This document shows, one piece after another, positions 25,954-38,171 of a stretch of 64,000 nt of DNA. The notes beneath the pieces were generated by a model. The model was given only the letters and a program-made list of their open reading frames with translations. It was not told the origin of the DNA and did not search any database. Location: the NCBI GenBank assembly GCA_037379345.1, contig CM074523.1, positions 18,048,551 to 18,112,550 on the forward strand. The letters run 5' to 3'. Numbering within the stretch: the stretch's first letter is position 1; each line of letters starts with the position of its first letter. Origin of the DNA: Perna viridis. Its lineage: Eukaryota. Both the position numbers and the translations under genes were made by a program.

Positions 25954-26056
25954 GTTGTGAATCTACCTCTGCTGGTCCAATCACATTGCATGACAGGACT
26001 CTACTAGTGGAACCAGTCAGTGGTATTATGTTTGTCTGTATGGTCACTGAAGTCAA
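25954..26056 (+). CDS. + gene exon 18
   Basis: cccag|(G)CESTSAGPITLHDRTLLVEPVSGIMFVCMVTEV|gtaagt; phase 1/2. Confidence 0.78.
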
Positions 26057-26694
26057 GTAAGTTATGTACACCCAGAAAGTGGTATGGCTATACAAAATAT
26101 ATCACATCCATTCCTAGGTAGAAATAGATACTGCACTCCATAAACTGTATAACCACCCAATGTTACAGTGGATGAACCAATTTTCCTGGTATACTAATTG
26201 GCTTAGTTTTCATGATTAAATGCGTTAATGTGGCATTCTCTTCTGAATTTCATTATACCCATATGTGTTTGCCTATCCCCTGTTCTAATCAGCAGCTCCC
26301 CTGAAACCGCTGAATAAAATTTGATGAAATTTTCACAGAACCTTTATACAATGATGCCATTGTGCACCTCCTATTTTGTTCTTCCATCTTAAAGCTGAAA
26401 TCACTTATTGGGTATCTTGAATGGTTTCTGGGGAGGGCATTGGGGGTATCACCAAATGGGCTTTACTCACATTATTTCTAATTTTTACTGTTGTGATTCT
26501 ATTGTTTATAAAATTGAAAAATATTTTCCAAAAAATTAGGGTTCCAACCAATGTTGTGACTTGACTTTTCAATATTGGAGTTTATAATATAAAACTCACA
26601 AAATGTTTGTAAGTAGAGGTAAGTAGACTACATTGATGATAAGATAAAATTCATCAGATTGTGTTCAATTGAATATCATCTTTTTTATTTTCAG

Positions 26695-26744
26695 AAACCA
26701 AGTCCAGTGTTCAAGGTCTGAAGATTTAGGAAGCTTATGGGAAG
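26695..26744 (+). CDS. + gene exon 19 (50-nt exon, Asp-box SEDLGSLW)
   Basis: ttcag|(K)NQVQCSRSEDLGSLWE|gtaaag; phase 2/1 bridges the neighbouring exons. Confidence 0.75.
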
Positions 26745-27242
26745 GTAAAGGTATCAAATTTTACTTATTGACAATTTTGTGATTATTTTTTTTTTCAAAG
26801 TTTTAAGTGTAAAATTTAACTTGAATAATGATGATACTTTTTATTATGGCATCCTAATTTATGACCTTACATAAGGTAGACTGCTGTGTTTGATTTAAAG
26901 GTGGAAGTATTTCATTTTTGTTATAAAATATATAAGGTGTTTAGAAAGCAGTTGAATGTGAATGCTGTTACAATAAAAGGGGAGGTGGTATTTGAAGACA
27001 CTTTTTCAACTCCAGTTATTACCAATACACAGAAATATTGTAACATTTGTTTTAAACCATATGGCAGCATATTTGAAAGGCCACTTTGAAAGCATGTGTT
27101 TTCCTGCATTTAAAAATCCCATAAGAACATTTGTTTTAACTTGAAATGTTATTCATGGTTTTATTTTCAGAACACAATAATTACTAGTATGGTACATCTC
27201 AAAAATTAACCTCATCACAATAATTCTTGTAAAATATTTTAG

Positions 27243-27509
27243 CTATTGATGACTATGTGTCCAATGTCATTGGAGTAATATCAAACACCTCCACTGTTCT
27301 TGGGGTATCAGCTGATGGCATCTCCTACACCTGCAGTTATGATGGTGGATTTGAATGGGACCTTTGTGTAGGTGAAGAGGTGAATAGCATTCAAACGGAC
27401 CCCAACTTTATCAGTGCTAAAAATATACCCATAACTGATCTCTCTGGCCTGAGCTATGCTGCTTTGAAGACAAACTATGGATTCACATTTGGAAGTATTG
27501 ACATTAGTG
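27243..27509 (+). CDS. + gene exon 20 (Asp-box SYDGGFEW)
   Basis: tttag|(A)IDDYVSNVIGV..SYDGGFEW..IDIS-G|gtaagc; phase 1/1. Confidence 0.83.
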
Positions 27510-27614
27510 GTAAGCTTACTTGAAACTTTTGTTTTGATACATCCATCTTGCCATGAACACATTGGTCCTTACAATTCTGCTTTTGTTGAGGTAATTTTAA
27601 AGTGTTTGAAAAAA

Positions 27615-28920
27615 AGATCAAACATTGCATTGTCATAGCATGTGACATCATAATTAATCATCACTTTGTCATATTTGGTGACATCATAATCAAACATTAC
27701 ATGGTCATATCTGGTGATTCATAATCAAACATCACCTTGTCATATCTGGTGATTCGTAATCAAACATCACATTGTCATAGCTGGTGACATCATAATCAAA
27801 CATCACATTGTCATATCTTGTGACATTATAGTCAAACATGACAATGTCATATTTGGAGACATAATCAAACATCACAGTGTCATATCTGGTGACATAATAA
27901 TCAAAACATTGCATTGTTATATCTGATGATTTCAAAATCAATCATCACAATGTCGTGTCATGTGACATCATTGACAATCATCACATTGTCATATCTGGTG
28001 ACATCATAATCAAACATCACATTTTCATATTTGGTGATTCATAATTAAACATCACATTGTCATATCTAGTGATTCATAATCAAACATCACATTGTCATAT
28101 CTGGTGACATCATAATCAAACATAACATTCTCATACCTTCTGACATTATAGTCAAAAATGACAATGTCATATTTGGTGACATCATAATCAAACATCACAG
28201 TGTCATATCTGGTAACATTATAATCAAAACATTGCATTGTTATATCTGATGATTTCAAAATCAATCATCACTATGTCATATCAGGTGACATCATAATCAA
28301 TCATCACATTGTCAAATTTGGTGATACCATAGTCAAACAACATTTTTTCATATCTGGAAATTCATAATCAAACATAACATTGTTATGTCTGATTTTTTTT
28401 TCAAAATCAAACATCACATTGTCATATCTGGTGACATCATAATCGAATATAACATTCTCATACCTTGTGATATTATAGTCAAAAATGACAATGTCATATT
28501 TGGTGACATCATAATGAAACATCACAGTATCATATCTGGTGACATTATAATCAAAACATTGCATTGTTATATCTGATGATTTCAAAATCAATCATCACAT
28601 TGTCATATCATGTGACATCATTGACAATCATCACATTGTCAAATCTGGTAATACAGTAGTGAAACAACATTTTTTCATATCTGGTGATTCATAATGAAAC
28701 ATAACATTGTCATACTTGGTAACATCATAATCATACATTACAGTGTCATATCTGATGACATCATAATCAAACATGACATTGTCATACTTGGTGACATCAT
28801 AATCATACATTACAGTGTCATATCTGATGACATCATATTCAAACATTACCTTGTCATATCTGGTGACATCATAATCATCACATTGTCATATCTTTCAACA
28901 TCAAAATCAAATATCACATA
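27615..28920. repeat. ~33-bp minisatellite with a ~325-bp higher-order unit
   Basis: Monomer catcataatcaaacatcacattgtcatatctggtga-like; a diagnostic variant recurs at ~27903, ~28226 and ~28553. Confidence 0.92.
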
Positions 28921-28929
28921 AAAAGTCAA

Positions 28930-29930
28930 AATCTGATGAGGCGATCGGAACGGGTAGGAAATGCGAGGCTCCGCCGAGCTATTTCCTCCGTTCCAAGCCG
29001 AATACACATATCTTCAATAATTTTCGACAATGTACCTATATGGTTTTTATCCTGTTATATTAATAGTTTTGTGCGTGTGTACATTTTTAAAATAAAATTT
29101 TAGAATGCTTATCCCCTGAGGAGCCCCGATCGTTAAACCCGAGGGAAAAAAAATAATACGCATGGCGCATGACTCAGTAAATATTGAAATTCAATCCGCA
29201 CCATATAATCCATCAAAGCTGTTTGAAGAAAATAAACAATGTATCAAAATTTATTTAATTCCAAGAGACAAATAAGTAAAATGAACAATAAATACAAATA
29301 TTTTGAATGTTGTAAAGTTGATTTTAAGAACATTAAAGTTTTGAATTTCACGAGGAAGGTGGAAGCTGACTTGTTTATGTTTGGTATATGGCAGTAGAGT
29401 TCAGGTGTGAAATTTGTGTTTAGGCAGTAATAAATCCAAGACCATAACAGTTTCTTCAGAAGTTTTATCATATTGTAATGCTTCAATTTCTTCAAGTGGG
29501 GACCAGTTTATGTTAAATTGTGACGGACACTCTGGTTCCGAGTCCGACATGACTGAAATGACAGGGGAAGTGGTTTGCAAACTGATAATGAATCAAATCT
29601 GAACGAGATTTGGGATTTGCCATATATATGACAGTGAAAAAAATACAAACAAAATCATTATTTGGTTTACATAAAATCTTTTATTTCATTCAGGTGAAAA
29701 CCAAACAAAACAGCAAAAAAAAGATTAACTTGATACGCAATCGCAATTTGTTTATATCGTATCTATGGTGGTGGCCATGATTAATTTACACATACCAGAA
29801 AAAAGTAGTTCCGCCTATCACGTGAGTGGGAGGAGCTAGAAAGTCGATAACCTGCTAATATACGGATACAGCAAAAAAATAACCGTATACCTTTATTCGT
29901 TTAACAAATTACCTCGTTGCAGGATAAAAT
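28930..29930. mobile_element. Possible non-autonomous Crypton-like DNA element
   Basis: Subterminal GC-rich hairpin GGAACGG..AGGAAAT..GAGGCTCCGCCGAGC..ATTTCCT-CCGTTCC; internal TTTTATCCTG (~29045) inverted to terminal CAGGATAAAA (~29920). Confidence 0.35.
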
Positions 29931-30046
29931 ACAGAAACCCATCCATGATATTGTTATTGCAATCAGTAATAGATAATGGTTTGTTACAGATCAGTCGTTG
30001 ATCCATCAAACTCATTATTAAAACAGGGTTAATCTATGACCAGTTG

Positions 30047-30428
30047 TTACAGTACCTGAACCGGTCCATGCAACAACAAATGTAGTCGGTCATCAGTCAC
30101 TGATCAGTTTCCCATCGGTCATCTATCCATCAATCGGATCTATTAAACCTTTGATCGCATCTTGTGACCAAAGAGCGGTCAATGTATTTTACGGTTTTCG
30201 TTGTTTTCTGTGTCAATTTTACACATATTTATATAATGCAATTGATTAAACATCAATTTATATCTTTATTTCACATTTCTTGTGTTTTAAACATATCATC
30301 CCTCATTTTACATCACAAAACTGCGGTCAGATCGGTCAATGGTCATTGGTTATTGATCCTTCAGAGATAAATCAGTCAGCGGTTATTGATCCGTCAAATT
30401 GTTGTGCAGATTGATTCAAGGACTGTAT
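30047..30428. mobile_element. TA/CAGT MITE, second copy (inverted)
   Basis: Reverse-complement homologue of 14416-14795. Confidence 0.7.
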
Positions 30429-30937
30429 ACCCTACCATATCAAGTGGAAAGGTATGATGTGATACCCTCTGAAAAACTGCTTGTCCATCAATCCATTTTT
30501 CTGCTTGTTCATCCCCTGACGGTTTAAAGATGATTACTTAAAGAAATATTAAAGGATATATTTTCAAACTTTGTATTGTTATTTAGCATCATAAAATTTA
30601 GTTCAAGAATGAACTTGAGTTAAATCAGATTGATAAATACAAAAGTTATGGCCATTTTAGTTGCTTGCCCCCAAAGAGTTGTTTGCACTGTTTAGGGTAT
30701 CATAAAATATTCCATTAGATTTCGAATATTTTTTTACAACACATTATTCTTGATCATGCTGTTCACAGAGTAATGTATTTTGTTTTATGGTGTCACAAAA
30801 AATATGAAAAATATAAACTTTAAAACAAATTGTAAGTAATTTTATTTTTATATAAGCTTTTGCTAATAAAATAATAAACATGAGTTTAATATTTGTAATT
30901 TAGAATTAAATTTTTCCTAAAATGCTTGTATTTGATT

Positions 30938-31075
30938 TGTCTGTTTTCCATGTCTGGTCTTTGTCCCTGGATTACATTCTTTTGATTACCGTTATAACCT
31001 TGGTTCCCATGATTACCGCTATAACCTTGGTTCCTTTGATTACCGCTATAACCTTGGTTCCCTTGATTACTCTTC
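30938..31075 (+). mobile_element. Penelope-like 3' tail with triplicated 28-bp terminal unit
   Basis: GATTACCGCTATAACCTTGGTTCCC x3 ending GATTACTC. Confidence 0.75.
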
Positions 31076-31109
31076 CAAAGACATTTGATGAATCATGAAG
31101 CAAAACAGC

Positions 31110-31622
31110 AATCATTGGTTATCCGTGTGTCAGTAATCAGTTCTTACTGGTCATTGGTTACCTGTGTGTCAGTAATCAGTTCTCACTGGTCGTTGGTTAC
31201 CCGTATCAGTAATCAGTTCTTACTGGTCGTTGGTTACCCATGTGTCAGTAATCAGTTCCCACTGGTCATTGGTTACCCGTGTGTCAGTAATCAGTGTTTA
31301 CTGGTCATTGGTTACCCATGTGTCAGTAATCAGTTTTTTCTTGGCGTTGGTTACCCATATGTCAGTAATCAGTTCTCACTTGTCATTGGTTACCCGTGTC
31401 AGTAATCAGTTCTTACTGGTCATTGCTAACCTGTGTGTTAGTAATCAGTTCTTACTGGTCATTGGTTACCTGTGTGTCAGTAATCAGTTCTTTCCTGGCG
31501 TTGGTTACCCATGTGTCAGTAATCAGTTCTTTCTGGTCCTTGGTTACCTGTGTGTCAGTAATCAGTTATCATTGGTCGTTGGTTACCTGTTTGTCAGTAA
31601 TCAGGCCTTACTGGTCGTTTGT
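31110..31622. repeat. ~39-bp minisatellite (gtcattggttacctgtgtgtcagtaatcagttcttactg), about 13 copies
   Basis: Direct periodicity; generates the spurious VSVISS and SNQFL ORFs. Confidence 0.93.
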
Positions 31623-31722
31623 CTGTCATTAAGTGCTGGAATCTGTAAGAATCAAGTAAAATTGAAATGTAACAAATCATGCTCAGAAAAAGCACAATGT
31701 GGGCACGAAGTTTATTGTCTTT

Positions 31723-31942
31723 TTAAGGAGGTAGACCTAGGGTAAGGGACATAACTCATGAAGTCAGTGATATGTTTGCATCATATACAATGTCACCTAA
31801 GCCTCTCAAGCTTTCATTTGAAGCAAAATAAAATGAATCCAAGTTATTTAGATGCTTTCATAAGTTTGATGTAAAATGCCGAATACAAATGTTCCAATGA
31901 TCTTTATGAGTTGTGTCCCATACCCTAGGTCTACCTCCTGAA
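31723..31942. mobile_element. GGAGGTAGACC MITE, best-preserved copy
   Basis: ~30-bp TIR GGAGGTAGACCTAGGGTAAGGGACATAACTC / GAGTTGTGTCCCATACCCTAGGTCTACCTCC. Confidence 0.82.
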
Positions 31943-32242
31943 GACAAATTAACAGGCTGTTTATCTTAGAAGTTTGAGAAAATGCGGAAAAGTGAACTCA
32001 AAGAATGAACAGGAAAAGGAAAAAAAGTTATCTCCCTTTGATGAGGAAAGTATCATGCAATTTCATATATTTTAGACTTCAAATAACTGACACTTAAAAA
32101 TGTAATGAATTCCATGTCTGCAATAAGATTTCATTGAATATTTTCTACCATGATTCACCTACTGTCTGATCACATGAATAGGTTAAGGGATTATATATCA
32201 ATGATTTAAAGCTATAACATTCAATCAATCAATCATTTTTAG

Positions 32243-32328
32243 GTGGAGTGACAGGAGTTGTTGTTGATAGTGGATCACCCCAGACAGTTGCATGGTGGGG
32301 CACGGCAGACTGGGCTGCACAGATTTAG
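32243..32328 (+). CDS. + gene probable terminal exon 21
   Basis: tttag|(G)GVTGVVVDSGSPQTVAWWGTADWAAQI*; phase 1 matches exon 20; GC-richer than the flanks. Confidence 0.65.
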
Positions 32329-32889
32329 AGTCGGACACTTTTGCTTCTGTGAAGTACTGTGTTACGGATTTGTACCTGCAAAGGCTACTGAAACTTGATA
32401 ACTTGATGTGCCAAAGGGAACTTCTGTTTTATACTGTCTAGTGAATATGATAAAATGTTGATCAATATGTGAACTCTCTTGTAATTTATTCACCTGATGA
32501 ATTATCAGATCCCTCCATATCAGTTTTTTTATACTTTTGATTCGTAATTTGAGAGTTTACCTTGTGTATAGAAATGTCATAATGTTTATACCTTCACTCC
32601 ACACTTTACTGGATTTATATAGTGATCATGATATCTACCCATCCTTCTGTTTGTCTATTAGTCTGTTTTTTCATCCAGAACTTGTTTTTGTTTCAGACCA
32701 AAGCAATATCTTGTATGACCACATTTTTTTTTCAAATTTTGACTGTATCATAACTTGGGTGATGTGCAGGGGGTATCCTTTCATAACCTTAGCACATACT
32801 TAGCTCATACTTTCTGTAGTTAGTGGGTATTTGTTTAAAAAAAAACATTCAGAAGCCTTTCTTCTTTATGATATTTTTCACGTTTCCTC

Positions 32890-33022
32890 GTAACTTTGTA
32901 TGTATGATTTTAATTACTTCATGTTCTTTGTTGTGTATGTCTGTTTTCCATGTCTGGTCTTTGTCCCTGGATTACATTCTTTTGATTACCGCTATAACCT
33001 TGGTTCCCTTGATTACTCTTTC
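32890..33022 (+). mobile_element. Penelope-like 3' tail fragment
   Basis: Same tail sequence, ending GATTACTCTTTCA. Confidence 0.75.
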
Positions 33023-33671
33023 ACATTGAAGACTTTTTTATTGAGTACAATGTAGTAGCCTCATGACTCTTTTTTTTTGTATGAAAATCATTTGAATGCG
33101 CTAATCTTCATAAATTTAGTACATATTTTGAAGCTTTTTTTTAATGGGATTTGATCATTAAAATATATCTTGGTGTGGAAATGGATTAAGGTTTTGATTC
33201 ATTTACAAATATTGCCTTGTATGACTATTATAATGACTATTGTCCTTGCATTTGTCTACGAGTTATGTTTCAGGTACTTTTACTAAGCTTAATTATCCAC
33301 TGCTCACAGAGTTGCCACAAATGTTCAACAGTATTATTCTTGTTAATAATGCTCGTTTTTGGCTGAAAAAAACATCCACAAATAGTGTATGACCTACGCC
33401 TACAAATCCATTATTTTTTACCAGAGACTTACATTTTCTTTTAAATATAACTTTTCTTTTAAATTTATTATAAAGATTTGGTCAGATGTTAATGACACAA
33501 CCAATTTCCTGAACGAAATTACACTCAGCACTGAACTGTATTTTGGTAAAGAGTGTTACATATTTTGGAGAGTGTAACTTGTAAAAAAAATCAAATCTGA
33601 GGGGACAGCGCTTCAGTAAATTGGAATGATACATAGCAAATTATGAAATGGCAGTGATCTATAGAAGAGTT

Positions 33672-34210
33672 TGTGTACTGGTAGGGTAAGCGTCTTCTGC
33701 TTTTCTAGCAAAAAGATCCCCCCAAGTACCTCATAAAATTTGAGGTCTCAGTTAAGGAAAACTGATACGGTGGACAAATTGGTCCTCATATTACAAGATG
33801 GATGCAACATATATACGACGAGTTCATGATAACGACCGTTAAACTATTATAATGATGACTTTAACTCTGAAGCAACATTACCCCTTGTTCCAAAGGCCTG
33901 ATTCTTAAAGTCTTGTACGTACAAAAAGTCCGCGTAGTTTGGTATTCAAAGAGTAAACAAGGGAACCAAGATTCTAGCGGAAATTAAAAGAATGTAATCA
34001 GGGATAAAGACCAGACATGGAAAACAGACAAACACAAAAAAGCGCATACAGTAACTACAATAATGCATACAAAGTAACACAAGTAAAATAAGCAACTCCG
34101 ACTTCACTTAAAACTGGGCGCATGGACCAGATGCATCGGTAGGTTAAGCGTCCTCTGCTTTTCTAGAAATACTTCTAGAAGTTGCTCATAAAAAGTCAAG
34201 TACGGGGCAG
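33672..34210 (-). mobile_element. Two tandem degenerate Penelope-like 3' fragments
   Basis: RT C-terminal remnant (33780-33940) and two GGTAAGCGTC(C/T)TCTGCTTTTCTAG-like motifs. Confidence 0.7.
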
Positions 34211-34783
34211 AAAATTATGAAAAGAATATGCATATTTATAAATTACCTTTATTAACAACAATATATGTCACATTCACATAAAATAAATGTAGAATATACT
34301 GCATATGACAAAAACATTGTAAACTCTGATATTTAATTCATTAAGGCATGCTGCATACTGATAGTTCGTGTAATGATTGCACAACCTTTTTAAAACATAA
34401 ATGTATACTATTGTACAGTACATGTACATGTATAATGGAAAATTCATTATAGCCATTTTTATGTCATATCCAGCTGCAAATGTACAAGTTAAATAACTAT
34501 ATGAAAAAAGTTTCCTGACACCACTATCCTTCATACATCTTTGATCAGAAGATTGAGTTTTACAATATCCCTTTGAAACCAATAATTTCTCATGCAAATT
34601 TTGTTTTACAAAAAAAATACCAATTGCTTCTAACTGAAACGACCCGGTCCCTTCATGTCATGATTCAAACAGAACATTTGATCCTATTCTATGTATTTCA
34701 AAATGTTGTGTCCGAAGTAACATTTCCCCGTCTTCGTATGTAAAACATTAAACATGACACGAGGTGCCACTCTATATTGCATA

Positions 34784-34957
34784 TCAAACCCAAGACACTG
34801 GAACCCAATGTGACTTCATTTCAACATTTTTAGCAATCTTGATCAGGTCTGAGGCAGCCTTCTTTAAATCGTTGTTAACAATGACAGCGTCAAATAAATG
34901 GCCATACCTTTCTTCCAAAGTGACCGAGGTCTTGACAATATTGTCAAAGTCAGTTGA
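34784..34957 (-). CDS. MPP7: MAGUK p55 subfamily (MPP7-like), last exon, GK end
   Basis: STDFDNIVK..YGHLFDAVIVNNDL..SHWVPVSWV*; the WVPVSW terminus is diagnostic of p55 MAGUKs. Confidence 0.9.
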   Translation of the reverse strand, partial: STDFDNIVKTSVTLEERYGHLFDAVIVNNDLKKAASDLIKIAKNVEMKSHWVPVSWV

Positions 34958-35913
34958 CTGAAAGGCAAAATCATCCTTGATTAATTAATACAACTGACAA
35001 TTTAAAAGATGGCATTTAGTTGGGTTTTTATGAAATCCATACTCATAATAACAAAATTGATAAATTTTTCATGCAAAATATACTTTGTAAAATGCACAAG
35101 GCTATGCATAAGAAATTTTTGAAATAAACGCAGATTGCCATCTTGCAGAATTAATCTAACTGAAGGAATCGATGGCGCTGATGATCATCAGACTCCTTCC
35201 GATTAGCCCATGACGTCACTAAGTCGGTTTTGTGCTGAAACTAATACTGCAAATCACACGCAGGCAAAAACAGTCTGTGACACTATCAAGCGAAATAAAT
35301 GAAGATAAATCATATGTTTAACAAAGAACCTTCCATTAATATTCCTACGTTTTGTTTTTTTTTAATTACCAGTGATTACCAAAATTGCAAAAAAAATAAA
35401 AAAAGGTATATGCAAAAAGTTTTCTTCTCATTTGGGAACCTAGCTGCAAATAATACCAAAAAGAACATAATGTAAACAGAAAGGTATATCGATCAAAATA
35501 ATTTTATTCTGAACGGTGGAAAATTGAAATTCGAAAACTATAAGTAGTAAAGTTGTCTGTAAAGATCATTTCACCCGATTTGTTCGAACACAATAGAGTT
35601 AAAGAACCTGTTGACCGGCAAACAAGACATTTTTGGGATAACCATTTCCCCAAATTCATGACATAAACTTTTCTAGGTGCAAATACCGTCGTTCGTCATT
35701 GCCTCCCGACCTTTCCTTTTATGTTGTGCCTTTCTCTCTTTTACTCAGTATTGCGGCTCGAATTTATGAGGAACAAGCCCCAAATTTGCGTTTCTTGCGA
35801 GATAATGGAAACAATTACCTATTTTGTTTCACTTCAAATACGGCTTGTTATGTCACAGCTGAATCGACCATAAAGGCAATTGTTCTCATAAACGAAAGAT
35901 ATATTATTCTTAC

Positions 35914-36051
35914 GGTGAATGGTCTTGCGTTTCCTTCATACACAAATACAGCATTTTGTTTCTGTCTAGTTGATTGGAGATCTGTGAATGGTGGAGATTT
36001 GATGAATATCACATACGGTTTTATTTCAGCAGTTCTTATAAAACGTAAGGC
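35914..36051 (-). CDS. MPP7: MPP7-like exon 15 (GK)
   Basis: ALRFIRTAEIKPYVIFIKSPP..RPFT; AG/GT boundaries, phase 0/0. Confidence 0.9.
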
Positions 36052-37364
36052 CTGAAAAAAAAATGAAATTGACGCATTTTACAGCGTCAAAATATAGATT
36101 ATAGATTGATTGCTGTTTAACCTCACGTGGTAGGCATGCCACCAAACTTTGACACATTTTTCTGAATCAAAGCCAATCAGTCGTCATTATATCCCCTTAA
36201 TTCCTCGGGCTTTTCAGAGAAGCATCGACTAACAATTTTAAAGTCTTGACTAAGTTTTCCGTATGAGTCACATTGTGAAGACCAGCAAAAAATCAATAAA
36301 TTACACATAAACTTCATCATACAAATCATTTGGTTACACAGATTTTACAAAGCGCTTCATTTTTGAAAAGAGTTATTTATATAATATTGGAAGTACATAA
36401 TCTGGGAATATCATTACGGTTCTAAACATACGTTTGACAGCAACTGAGAACGTATGTTTCATATGTCTTGTTCAGTACATGTTCGAACAGTAATTTACTT
36501 TCAACCCAATGTGACAAATATTGAATTATGTACGTAACTATACCATTTCTTGGTTGTATTTCCTGATTAGATTTCAATTTAGTCCACGATTGGATTTGAA
36601 CTATAAATACATTTTTAATTATCGAGCATTGGTAGTGTTACATTAATCAAAGCCACTCATTCTAATTTGTTTTAGTTAGTGTTAGAGCTCAACAATCGAA
36701 AAAATAATTTATTGATTTATGATTGAGCAGAGGATTTTTCAGCAACTGACATTCGACACAGGCTTATATCTTAGTATATAATTGTTACATGAAATTTTAT
36801 GGTAGCATTGTTCTCATGTAAAGGCATCGAATACCGAACGTTAGAAACATTTGCCTTAGTAAATGATGATATACTACGTGAGTCATTGTGAGAAATTTTA
36901 TCTTGTTAACTAGCAGTCTTTCCAAATATCAGACAGAAGGTGATCAATGCATATCAAAAACCCACCGAATTCAGTACCATTTCTTGTTCAAGAACAGTTA
37001 ATGATCACATAAACAGTCTCAATTTTTCATTTGGTTGTTGCGCTTTTGAGATAAAAATCATATAGATTGTACATGAAATTTGCACTTTGCAAGAGCTATC
37101 ATTCTTGATTTGGCTTCATTTGGTTGATTTTATTTGGAGATGAATATATGATTTTCTAATAAGTGCAGATCTGGGTGCAGAAAAGATTGTTGTTATATGA
37201 AAGTATATCATATGTAGACTGAAAAAGCATTGCTTGTTTGGTGGGTGTTTGTTTTTACACCATTAATCACTTGGTAGTGTCTGAATTTTATGTGGACCGG
37301 TACTTGATTAAGTATCAAAACTCAGTTTCATATTTATACAAAATAAGCTGGTATATACATGTAC

Positions 37365-37473
37365 CTGAGCGTTAGGTGTGAGTACACACACTTTTCCTGA
37401 GTTAATCACAGATAGGATCGAATCTTTCCTTGTACCGTATAAGTGACCTTTGAACTCTCCATGCTCTATGAAT
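37365..37473 (-). CDS. MPP7: MPP7-like exon 14 (GK)
   Basis: FIEHGEFKGHLYGT..GKVCVLTPNAQ; phase 2/0. Confidence 0.92.
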
Positions 37474-38077
37474 CTATATTAAAACAGGAGTAACAAAATG
37501 ATTAGCTGTTAAGTACTAAACCACATGGGTGGAGAATCACTATAATGGGTAGTGTTTTTAAGAACCTCCAGCTTATTTGTTCAATGGATTCTCCATCAAC
37601 AAGGAAAATGCATAGAACGACAGGGTTGAAACGACCAATAACATGTAGAGGCTAAATTGAAATAGCATAAAAATATTTAGAAAATAAGAGTGAGATATAA
37701 AGCGTGCTTTATTCCGACAATATGTATGTACCAAGTCAGGAAAATAACTTTTGTGTTTTCAATTTAACAATGTTAAGTTCTTTGCATCTGCTGATGGTTG
37801 GAAATATTTTATCGTTATCTCTCTTCTCATTTTGTAACTAAAATCATCATGTCCTTTACCCACAAAAATATAAAGACCATGTCATCGTTCCAAATGAGGT
37901 TGTATTATTAACGTAAGCTATGACATTATTTAAGGAAATAAGTCATTATGTCAAGACTAATGTCCAATATTAGGATAACGTATTTTTTGTAAACACAACG
38001 ACTGACAGCTTTACTGTGTACGACACAAATCTTACTAACATGGATAAACAAAATATTCCTTAAAATTAAATATGTAC

Positions 38078-38171
38078 CGTTGTGCTACAAGTGCACTCTC
38101 CATTTCATCTCTTGTTATAAAGTGATATTCAACACCTTCCAGCTCTGTCGGTTTCTTTGGACGGGATGTGA
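38078..38171 (-). CDS. MPP7: MPP7-like exon 13 (GK)
   Basis: TSRPKKPTELEGVEYHFITRDEME; phase 1/2. Confidence 0.92.

Noticed and set aside
27732-28921. Repetitive ORFs (FDYDVTRYD.., HIVISGDIII..)
   Set aside because: They are translations of a 33-bp satellite in an intron; open on both strands, with frequent stops and no splice context.
31085-31745. VSVISS and SNQFLLVIGYPC ORFs
   Set aside because: Products of a 39-bp minisatellite, with frameshifting 37-bp units.
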